Positions 53,336 through 64,000 of a stretch of 64,000 nt of DNA are shown piece by piece (within the stretch, counting starts at the first letter, position 1; each line of letters opens with the position of its first letter). This stretch comes from Anaeramoeba ignava BMAN (lineage: Eukaryota > Protista > Anaeramoebae). A program made the translations under genes and the position numbers. The notes under the pieces were generated by a model. That model ran no database searches. It worked only from the letters and a program-made list of their open reading frames with translations, and was not told the DNA's origin. The DNA is taken from NCBI GenBank assembly GCA_028826165.1, contig JAPDFW010000079.1:310001-374000 (forward strand). The letters are read 5' to 3'.

Positions 53336-56218
53336 TCACTTTTTCTTTCTTTCTCGATCTCGTTTTAAATCTTCTAAAAGTAAAGGAAAAGGAGATTTCT
53401 GATTTAATTGATAATATTCATGAGCATCTTCAAACTCTTCAACAACATCCTCTGAAATATTCAAATCAATTCTATCAAAATACAAAAACTTAATAAATTC
53501 CTTAATAGATTCTTTACTTTTCCCACTGTAATCATTAACTTGATTCGAATCATCATTCACATTCAAAAACATCCCATAAAATAACTCTGAACGTGCAATT
53601 AAAACCATTTTATGAACTTTGATTTCTTCATTTTCTGCAATAATCTCGAAATCTTTTGATTCATCTTCATAAAATAACTTCTCAATATCTTTTCTTAATC
53701 CATCTGATTGGCTTTTTTGGATAAATTGTTCCTTTGTTTCCAAAACTCCAATCTCATTCAAATATCCAAAAACTACATCCAAATTGTTTTTCTTTTCATT
53801 CTCAATAATTTCCAATGTTTCCAAATATCGATCATAAGGATCGACCCAATGCTTCTTATTTTCTTCATAAAAATCTTGATAATCTTTCAATATTTGCTTT
53901 TCAAATTCAAAATCAGCAAAATAACCTGAATAAATCCATTGAAACAAAAATTTCAGATCCTTTTTCGTCTTTTTTTTGCAAAAATCAACAAATTCCTCAA
54001 TTTTGTCTTTCCCAATTCTTTTTGATAGAATTATTTTATGAACTTTAGCAATTTCTCCATCTAAAAATTCAATTCCCAAATCAGAAAACAATCCTGATTT
54101 AAACAACTTATTGTAGTCATCACTAATACTTGTATAAAATTTGAAAAAATCAATGACTCGCAATATTTGATCCAAATATGCCTTTGATCGATAATCAAAT
54201 TCAGTATTATAAACAATATAATTTTGATCAATTGGGGTTCTCATTCTTGAATTGAAAGGATCAACAAGTTCTACAAATAATAAAAATATATTTTTTTTTA
54301 ATAAAAATAACAAAAATTTGCTTTTTTTGCTTTTTTTCTGTTTCTGAACTAACCAAATTTGGGTAATAATATCTTCCAACATTCGATTGAAACCTTATGA
54401 AGTGATAATTCGTTGATTAAATAAGATTCATCTTTTTTATTATAATAATTCACATTCAATCCATTATCCAAAAATAAATCAACAATTTTTTGGAGTTCAT
54501 CCATTCCTCTTTTTTTTTGAAATCTGAACAAATAATAGAATGCAAGATCTCCTTCATTATTAATAGCATTCACATCAACTCCTTTTGAAATGGCATGTTC
54601 AATAACTTCATATGAAATGTATTCTCCCTGACAAAAAAAATGCAGAAAAGTTTCCTTATCTTCAGGGGTTTGATAATTGACATCCTTCATATGATCCAAA
54701 ACAAACTTCATCTGTTTAGCATCATAAGGTTTACGCAATACAACTAGTTCATTCAAATATTTTTCAAAACTAAAATCTTTCTTGAAATTATAAAGATACA
54801 AAAATATCTCGTAGTTTTTCTTGAAGGCAAGAACCATATCTTTATCCGTAATTTCATCACCTTCTTCAAGTATCATTTTGGTAATCTCCAAATCTTTAGT
54901 GAATGAAATTGCAACTGATATTCTTGATCTTTGTGGAAGTGTTGAATATGTGTCTTTAGTAAATGATCCTGATTGGATAAGTAATTTGATGATTTTGAAA
55001 TCAGCTTTCTTTTCAAACGCCAAAAAAAGTGGTGTTTTTTCATTTGAAGTGCATTCATTAACAGGACATCCAAGTTCAATTAATTTTTTAATGATTTCAT
55101 AATTTGCTAAAGATGAAACTGCAAAATTTAACAAAAAATTCCCATTTTTCTTTTCGGTATATTTGTCAAGCTCTTCTTTTGTAATTTTGGAAAGCATAAC
55201 TTTTAAGACTGAGTAAGGAACTTTTTTTTCAAATGCCATTTCAAGAGGTGTTTCTTGATCCTCAAATATATCAATTCCTGCTGAAATCAAAAATTCACAA
55301 ATTTCTGGTGCATTCCATCTTTTCAATAATAAAAGATGAAAACAATTCAATTTTTTTTTTGATTTACGATTAACATCTACTCCATTTCTTTGTAAAAATT
55401 GGAAAATCTCCAAAGGACTCTGATGCAATATTGCGAAATCAAATGCTGATTGATCTCGATAAATTTCTTTTGGATTTAAACCATTATCAACTAAAAGTTG
55501 AAGAGCTTTTGCATCAACTGAATTTTGAATACCAAAAAATAAAAGCGACATATTTCGAAACTTTAAATTAAAATTCAATTTAAAATTCAATTCAATTCAA
55601 TTTAAAATTAAATAAATAAATAAATACTCGTATTTTTGGATTTTCTCCATATTTCAATAATAAATCAATAATCTCATAATTTGCCTTTTTAAAAAGTGCC
55701 CAAAGAAGTGGTGTGTAATTAAATTTATCGGGATTTAAAGAAGGTTTTTTTTCCAAAATTAATTTAATGACTTCCAATGAATTAGAATTTTGACAAGCAA
55801 CATGAAGAACATTTTGTTTATCATCATTCATAAAATTAACATCTGCTCCATTTTCAATAAGTAACTTAATTATTTCAAATCCAGAATTTTTCAAACAAGC
55901 AATATGAAGTAAAGAATTGTATTCAAAAACATCAACAAATTGAATTCCTTTTAAATTTTTCAAAACAATCATATATTTTTCAACTTGATTTATATCCTTA
56001 TTTTCAATACTTTGAATTATATCTTTCACTAAAAATCCATTTTTTTTTTCTTTTTCTTTTTCTTTTTTCATTTTTTCTATTAAATTAACTACTTTTTCTG
56101 TATTTTCTGTTTTGGAAATGAATTCAATTGTTTTTTCTGGATCATTCTCATTTAAAGAAAGTGCAAATTGAACAAATTCAAAATCAAAATTTCTAAAAAT
56201 AGTTTTAGTTAATTCCAT
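53336..56218 (-). CDS. UBA-like + ankyrin repeats + two BTB domains; exons 56218-55628, 55560-54354, 54270-53336
   Basis: Ankyrin repeats (SLLHIAC..LLIENGADVN, TPLLWAL, TPLFLAF). BTB1 FSDLGI..KVHKIILSKR and BTB2 KDFEII..IKVHKMVLIARSELFYGMF..FIKFLYFD. Two GT-AG introns restore the frame. The N-terminal FDFEFVQFALSLNENDPEKTIEFI is UBA-like. Confidence 0.88.
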
Positions 56219-56320
56219 TTTATAAAATTTAATGAAAAAAATGAAAAATGAAAAATTTTCATTTTTCTACTTTCAAAAAAAAATCTAAATTGAAAAGAGA
56301 AATTTAAATTGAAAAGAGAA

Positions 56321-57029
56321 ATGGATTTAATTTTTCAAAAATTTTCTTTTCTTTTTAAAATTAAACAAGATGTTTTACAAAAATGGATTCAAATTATAAA
56401 TCAAAAATATAATGAAAAACAAAGATTTTATCATAATCAAAATCATATTGAAAATATTCTTTTAATTTTCAATTCTTTTTTATTAGAAAATGATAAATTC
56501 AATGAAAAATCAAAACAAATTATTGAATTAAGTGCAATTTTTCATGATTTGATTTATGATCCTCAATCAAAAGAAAATGAATTAAATAGTGTTAAATTAT
56601 TTAAAGAATTTTCTAAAGAAATTAATTTAGTAAAAAAAAAAATTCAATAAAAAAAAGGATAAAAAATTCAGAAAAGGATAAAAAATTTTTATTTAGGAAA
56701 ATCAAATGATTGAAAAAATTGAAAGAATTATTTTAGCAACTCAAGAAAATCATGCTATTTTTTCAACAGAAAGCGATTTAGAATTAAAGATTTTTCTTGA
56801 TTTAGATTATTCAATTTTAGGTTCAAATAAAGAAGAATATCAAGAATATAAAAATGCTATTCGTAAAGAATATTCTCATTTTAATGACAAAGAATTTAAA
56901 GAAGGAAGATTAAAATTTATTAAAAATGTTTTAAAGAATAAAATTTTTTTAACTGATTATTTTGAAGACAAATTTGAAGAAAAGGCGAAGAAGAATTTAG
57001 AAGAAGAAAAAAAAGAATTAAATTTATAA
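56321..57029 (+). CDS. HD-superfamily metal-dependent phosphohydrolase (COG4339-type); intron 56630-56696
   Basis: Motifs RFYHNQNHI, AIFHDLIYDP..ENE, IILAT, FLDLDYSILGS, AIRKEYSH and GRLKF. Phase-0 GT-AG intron. Confidence 0.88.
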
Positions 57030-60000
57030 ATAAATAATAATTTAAAATAAATTTAAAAATTAAAATAAATTAATATTAAAAATTTAAATAAATAAATATT
57101 AATTTTTAAATCTATTTTTATTTATAATTTAATTTAAAATTATTATAAAATATAATTTAAAAATAAATTTATAAATAAATAATAATTTAAAACAAATTTG
57201 GAAATTAAAATAAATTAATATTAAAAATTTAAATAAATAAATATTAATTTTTAAATCTATTTTTATTTATAATTTAATTTAAAATTATTATAAAATATAA
57301 TTTAAAAATAATTTATAAATAAATATTAAATTAAAATAAATTTAAAAATTAAAATAAATTAATATTAAAAATTTAAATAAAATAAATATTAATTTTTAAA
57401 TCTATTTTTATTTATAATTTAATTTAAAATTATTATAAAATATAATTTATAAATAATTTATAAATAAATAATAATTTAAAATAAATTTGAAAATTAAAAT
57501 AAATTAATATTAAAAATTTAAATAAATAAATATTAATTTTTAAATCTATTTTTATTTATAATTTAATTTAAAATGATTATAAAATATAATTTATAAATAA
57601 TTTATAAATAAATATTAATTTAATATAGATTTAAAAATTAAAATAAATTAATATTAAAAATTTAAATAAATAAATATTAATTTTTAAATCTATTTTTATT
57701 TATAATTTAATTTAAAATTATTATAAAATATAATTTAAAAATAATTTATAAATAAATTATAATTTAAAATAAATTTAAAAATTAAAATAAATTAATATTA
57801 AAAATTTAAATAAAATAAATATTAATTTTTAAATCTATTTTTATTTATAATTTAATTTAAAATGTTTATAAAATATAATTTATAAATAATTTATAAATAA
57901 ATTATAATTTAAAATAAATTTAAAAATTTAAAATAAATTAATATTAAAAATTTAAATAAAAATATTAATTTTTAAATCTATTTTTATTTATAATTTAATT
58001 TAAAATTATTATAAAAATATAATTTATAAATAATTTATAAATAAATATTAATTTAAAATAAATTTGAAAATTAAAATAAATTAATATTAAAAATTTAAAT
58101 AAATAAATATTAATTTTTAAATATATTTTTATTTATAATTTAATTTAAAATGATTATAAAATATAATTTATAAATAATTTATAAATAAATAATAATTTAA
58201 TATAGATTTAAAAATTAAAATAAATTAATATTAAAAATTTAAATAAATAAAATATTAATTTTTAAATCTATTTTTATTTATAATTTAATTTAAAATTATT
58301 ATAAAATATAATTTATAAATAATTTATAAATAAATTATAATTTAAAATAAATTTAAAAATTAAAATAAATTAATATTAAAAATTTAAATAAAAAAATATT
58401 AATTTTTAAATCTATTTTTATTTATAATTTAATTTGAAATGATTATAAAATATAATTTAAAAATAATTTATAAATAAATATTAATTTAAAATAAATTTAG
58501 AAATTAAAATAAATTAATATTAAAAATTTAAATAAAAAAATATTAATTTTTAAATCTATTTTTATTTATAATTTAATTTGAAATTATTATAAAATATAAT
58601 TTAAAAATAATTTATAAATAAATATTAATTTAATATAGATTTTAAAAATTAAAATAAATTAATATTAAAAATTTAAATAAATAAATATTAATTTTTATAT
58701 CTATTTTTATTTATAATTTAATTTAAAATTATTATAAAATATAATTTATAAATAATTTATAAATAAATAATAATTTAAAATAAATTTAAAAATTAAAATA
58801 AATTAATATTAAAAATTTAAATAAATAAATATTAATTTTTAAATATATTTTTATTTATAATTTAATTTGAAATGTTTATAAAATATAATTTATAAATAAT
58901 TTATAAATAAATAATAATTTAAAATAGATTTAAAAATTAAAATAAATTAATATTAAAAATTTAAATAAATAAATATTAATTTTTAAATATATTTTTATTT
59001 ATAATTTAATTTAAAATGATTATAAAATATAATTTATAAATAATTTATAAATAAATATTAATTTAAAATAAATTTGAAAATTAAAATAAATTAATATTAA
59101 AAATTTAAATAAATAAATATTAATTTTTATATCTATTTTTATTTATAATTTAATTTGAAATTATTATAAAATATAATTTATAAATAATTTATAAATAAAT
59201 AATAATTTAAAACAAATTTAAAAATTAAAATAAATTAATATTAAAAATTTAAATAAAAATATTAATTTTTAAATCTATTTTTATTTATAATTTAATTTAA
59301 AATGTTTATAAAATATAATTTATAAATAATTTATAAATAAATATTAATTTAAAATAAATTTAAAAATTAAAATAAATTAATATTAAAAATTTAAATAAAT
59401 AAATATTAATTTTTAAATCTATTTTTATTTATAATTTAATTTAAAATTATTATAAAATATAATTTAAAAATAAATTTATAAATAAATAATAATTTAAAAA
59501 CAAATTTGGAAATTAAAATAAATTAATATTGAAAATTTAAATAAATAAATATTAATTTTTAAATCTATTTTTATTTATAATTTAATTTGAAATTATTATA
59601 AAATATAATTTAAAAATAATTTATTAATAAATTATAATTTAAAATAGATTTAAAAATTAAAATAAATTAATATTAAAAATTTAAATAAAAAAATATTAAT
59701 TTTTAAATCTATTTTTATTTATAATTTAATTTGAAATGTTTATAAAATATAATTTAAAAATAATTTATAAATAAATATTAATTTAAAATAAATTTAAAAA
59801 TTAAAATAAATTAATATTGAAAATTTAAAATAAATAAATAATAATTTTTAAATCTATTTTTATTTATAATTTAATTTGAAATGATTATAAAATATAATTT
59901 ATAAATAATTTATAAATAAATATTAATTTAAAATAAATTTAAAAATTAAAATAAATTAATATTGAAAATTTAAATAAAAAAATATTAATTTTTAAATCTA

Positions 60001-60766
60001 TTTTTATTTATAATTTAATTTGAAATGATTATAAAAATATAATTTAAAAATAATTTATAAATAAATATTAATTTAAAATAAATTTAAAAATTAAAATAAA
60101 TTAATATTAAAAATTTAAATAAATAAATATTAATTTTTAAATCTATTTTTATTTATAATTTAATTTGAAATGTTTATAAAATATAATTTAAAAATAATTT
60201 ATAAATAAATATTAATTTAAAATATATTTAAAAATTAAAAATAAATTAATATTAAAAATTTAAATAAATAAATATTAATTTTTAAATCTATTTTTATTTA
60301 TAATTTAATTTGAAATGTTTATAAAATATAATTTAAAAATAATTTATAAATAAATATTAATTTAAAATAAATTTAAAAATTAAAATAAATTAATATTAAA
60401 AATTTAAATAAAAATATTAATTTTTAAATCTATTTTTATTTATAATTTAATTTGAAATGATTATAAAAATATAATTTATAAATAATTTATAAATAAATAT
60501 TAATTTAAAATAAATTTGAAAATTAAAATAAATTAATATTAAAAATTTAAATAAATAAATATTAATTTTTATATCTATTTTTATTTATAATTTAATTTGA
60601 AATTATTATAAAATATAATTTATAAATAATTTATAAATAAATAATAATTTAAAACAAATTTAAAAATTAAAATAAATTAATATTAAAAATTTAAATAAAA
60701 AAATAATTTTTAAATCTATTTTTATTTATAATTTAATTTAAAATTATTATAAAATATAATTTAAAA
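57027..60766. repeat. ~144-145 bp AT-rich satellite B (~26 units)
   Basis: The marker AAATCTATTTTT recurs at 57111, 57256, 57401, 57545, 57689, 57834, 57977 and onward. Confidence 0.93.
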
Positions 60767-60893
60767 AAGTAATTATTAAAGTAAGAACTGAAAAAGAAAA
60801 ATTTTTATTGATAAAAAAAAAAAGAAAAATCGGAAAAATAATTTTTCATTTTTTTCATTTTTTTCCTTGTTTTTTTTTATATTATTTTTATTT

Positions 60894-62056
60894 ATGGTTT
60901 GGACTTATATATTTTCAACAACAAGTAACGGAAAACAACACCAACACAAAGTGCAAATTGATGAAGGAAAAATTGAAGATAACGGAATAATGATAATGGA
61001 TTTGAAAGAGGATCCAAATTTCGATCCAAACAAAGTTAAAATTATAATTGATTCAGGAATTCTTTTAGTGAATGAAATCCCACTTTTTGACTTTAACACA
61101 GTCGAACCAACAGAAAAAGGACTGAGAAATATGACATCCCACAGGGATCTTGAACAAGAGAAAAAAGATGAAGAATTCGCACGCCAACTTCAAGAACAAG
61201 AAGAACGATCTGAACGAATCAGAGAGGGATCCAATTTTCATAATCCGAATAGTGATGAAGAAATTGCAAGAAGATTAATGCAAGAAGACCTTCAAGAGAA
61301 CGAGAATCCCATGGATATCGACTCTCACTCTCGAAACCCTCATGGATTGTTTCCTCATCGCGACCCAATTCGTCCACATTTTGATATTTTTTCGAATTCT
61401 GATTCAACAAACTTGGATCCACTTCCTCCTCCAATTAGAGAAATTTTAAGCAGGCAAAGAAATTCCTTTGGCAACTCCGGTATTTCTCTTCCTGAGTTTC
61501 TTTTCAGGCGTTTTTCTGAAAGAGAGAATGGTGATAATATGGATCCTGATGCAATGAATTACCAACAACTTCTCAATCTTGGTGAAAGAATAGGAAGAGT
61601 TGAACGTGGTTTAGATGATAATGGTATCAATCAATTACCCGTTTCAAAATTCGACAAGAATACTGCAAAAGGCGATCTTACGTATTTATTTTGAATTTTA
61701 TAATTTTATAATTTTATAATTTTTTTTGCTAGTTCAAATTGAAAAAAAAACAAGAACTTTATTTTGAATTGGCAAAAATTTTATTTTTATTTTTATTTTT
61801 ATTTTTATTTTTATTTTTATATTATATTTTTTAGTTGTTCTATTTGTAGATGCGAATATGAAGATGGAGAAGAAATTAGAAGACTTCCTTGTTTGCATTA
61901 CTTTCATAAAGAGTAAAAAATATTTTTTAATCCAAAAAAAAAAATAATAATTTAAATTTATTTTATTTATATTTTATTTAAAAAAGTTGCATTGATCAAT
62001 GGATTAAATCAAACCCAACTTGTCCAATTTGCAAAACCAAAATCAAATTTGATTAA
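60894..62056 (+). CDS. RING-H2 E3 ubiquitin ligase (RNF38/Big-Brother-like) with two MIU/UIM-like motifs; exons 60894-61681, 61835-61912, 61987-62056
   Basis: [24 protein letters not shown] followed by [42 protein letters not shown]. Ubiquitin-binding-like [12 protein letters not shown] and [12 protein letters not shown]. Confidence 0.92.
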
Positions 62057-62181
62057 TTCAATTTTTTCTTTTTTTTTTTTTTAAATTTTTTCTTTTTTCA
62101 TTTAAATAAAAAATATAATAAAAAAGAAAAAATAATTTGAAAAATTTTTTTCATTTTTTTTTCTCATTTTTTTTTCTTTAA

Positions 62182-64000
62182 ATGTCTAAACAACAAAATG
62201 AATTAAAAACAATAGAACCACCAAAAGAAAATCTTAAAAAAAAACAAAAACAAGAGAGACAAATACTCAAAAAAAAACAAAAAGCACAAAAACAACGAAA
62301 AAAACAACGACAAAAACAACAAAAACAATTACAAAAACAGAAACAAAAATCTCAAAAACAAAAAGAAAAAGAACAAAAACAATTACAAAAACAACAAAAA
62401 AAACAAAAACAACAAAAAAGTAATAATAAAAGTCAAAGTCAAAGTCAAAGTCAAAATGAAATTAAACAAACAGAACTTATTCAAAATGACAAGAATAATG
62501 ACATTGAAACAACTTTAAAAAAAAAGGAAAATAATACATTAAGTATAACAGAATCAGCAATTACTTTAACTAATACTGAATCAAAAAATGGAAATAAAGA
62601 TTTTTCATCAGAAGATAAAGAAAATTTAAATCAAAAACAAAATTTAAATGAAAAACAAAATTTAAATGAAAATGAAAAACAAAAAGAAAATTTAAATGAA
62701 AAACCAAATGAAAAACCAAATGAAAATCAAAATGAAAATGAAAAACAAAATGAAAATCAAAATGAAATTGAACTCGAAAGTGAAAATGAAAAACAAAATG
62801 AAAATTTAAATGAAAAACCAAATGAAAATCAAAATGAAAAACCAAATGAAAAACCAAATGAAAATCAAAATGAAAAACAAAATGAAAAACCAAATGAAAA
62901 TCAAAATGAAAATTTAAATGAAAATTTAAATGAAAAACCAAATGAAAATGAAAATCAAAATGAAATTGAACTCGAAAGTGAAAATGAAAAACAAAATGAA
63001 ATTGAACTCGAAAGTGAAAATGAAAATTTAAATGAAAAACCAAATGAAAAACAAAATGAAATTTTAAATGAAAAACAAAATGAAAATTTAAATGAAAAAC
63101 AAAAAGAGAATTTAAATGAAAATTTAAATGAAAAACAAAATCAAAATGAAAATCAAAATGAAATTGAACTCGAAAGTGAAAATGAAAAAGAAAAAGAAAA
63201 AGAAAAAACTTTACCAAAAAATTCGTCTCAAAATTTAACACTTCAATTTGATTACAATCGTTATGGATTTGTTATTAAGTAGAATTCAAAAAAACAAAAC
63301 AAAAAACAAAAACAAAACAAATTTAATATTTTGTTTAATTTCAATTTAAAACAAATTGTTTAGAGCAAATTCCAATCAAAAAAAAACCAAAAAGCAAATT
63401 ATAAAAGAAACAAAAACTTTAAGGAAAAGTATTGGAAAAGAATTACAAAGAGCTGATAAATGGTTAAAAATGTTTTCACAATGGGAAATTTTCAAAACAA
63501 AAAAACTAAAAATTGTAAATGAAAAAAATTTATAAATTAAAAAATGGAAAAATTTATAAATTAAAAAATAGAAAAAATTTATAAATTAAAAAATGGAAAA
63601 TATTTAATTTAAAAAATGGAAAAATTTATAAATTAAAAAATGGAAAAATTATAAATTAAAAAATGAAAAAATTTATAAATTAAAAAATGGAAAAATTATA
63701 AATTAAAAAATGAAAAAATTTATAAATTAAAAAATGGAAAAATTTATAAATTAAAAAATGGAAAAATTTATAAATTAAAAAATGGAAAAATTTATAAATT
63801 AAAAAATGGAAAAATTTATAATTTAAAAATGGAAAAATTTATAATTTAAAAAATGGAAAAATTTATAAATTAAAAAATGAAAAAATTATAAATTAAAAAA
63901 TGGAAAAATTATAAATTAAAAAATGGAAAAAATTTATAAATTAAAAAATGAAAAAATATTTAAATCATTTTATTAGCTTCAAAGAAGAGTTCGAAAAGGA
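62182..64000 (+). CDS. TBC-domain Rab GTPase-activating protein (TBC1D10-like), truncated by the window end; exons 62182-63278, 63364-63514, 63977-64000+
   Basis: After a long K/Q and N/E low-complexity N-terminus, the product reads NRYGF...ELQRADKWLKMFSQW...KI|LQRRVRKG, the typical entry to a TBC domain. Confidence 0.8.
63520..63962. repeat. Intronic ~22-bp repeat (AAAAATGGAAAAATTTATAAATT)
   Basis: Directly visible in TBC intron 2. Confidence 0.9.

Noticed and set aside
24065-56218. Inteins in the large genes
   Set aside because: No C/S...HN-C/S/T splicing blocks or LAGLIDADG motifs were recognised by eye; a Hint HMM search would be decisive.
57027-60766. Regularly spaced repeats as a CRISPR array
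   Set aside because: Whole units are repeated with no unique spacers, there are no cas genes, and the context is eukaryotic.
1-64000. Alternative genetic code (stop reassignment)
   Set aside because: Clean genes end in TAA or TGA, and conserved domains have no in-frame stops. The breaks need frame changes, not readthrough.
1-64000. tRNA, rRNA or intact transposase/reverse transcriptase genes
   Set aside because: None were recognisable by inspection; covariance-model and HMM searches were not possible.

Overview
This is very AT-rich eukaryotic nuclear DNA with GT-AG introns and the standard genetic code. BTB-domain expansions, intron style and a TCATTTT initiator-like element suggest an Anaeramoeba-like anaerobic protist (inference only). 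About 15 genes are present, separated or interrupted by many tandem-repeat arrays (6, 11, 12, 14, ~22 and ~145 bp units). The genes encode a coiled-coil protein, a BTB-BACK plus GATase-like protein, a Rab11-like GTPase, a double-PHD protein, a possible EDC4 C-terminal-domain protein, a WD40 protein, GMF, a ~4,200-codon RNF213/mysterin-like AAA+ protein, a GNAT, an LRR protein, a multi-TM/longin-like/SPRY-SPRY fusion, a UBA-ankyrin-BTB-BTB protein, an HD phosphohydrolase, a RING-H2 ligase and a truncated TBC RabGAP. Four features stand out. (1) The RNF213-like gene has no visible RING or RZ finger and is broken by six frameshifts (five +1, one -1) that introns do not explain. (2) The TM-longin-SPRY fusion is an unusual architecture. 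(3) Two apparently different satellites share a nucleosome-sized period, and one flanks a unique core. (4) Two long arrays consist of helically phased 11-bp A-tracts. Parts of the assembly look error-prone, which limits how far the frameshifts can be interpreted.
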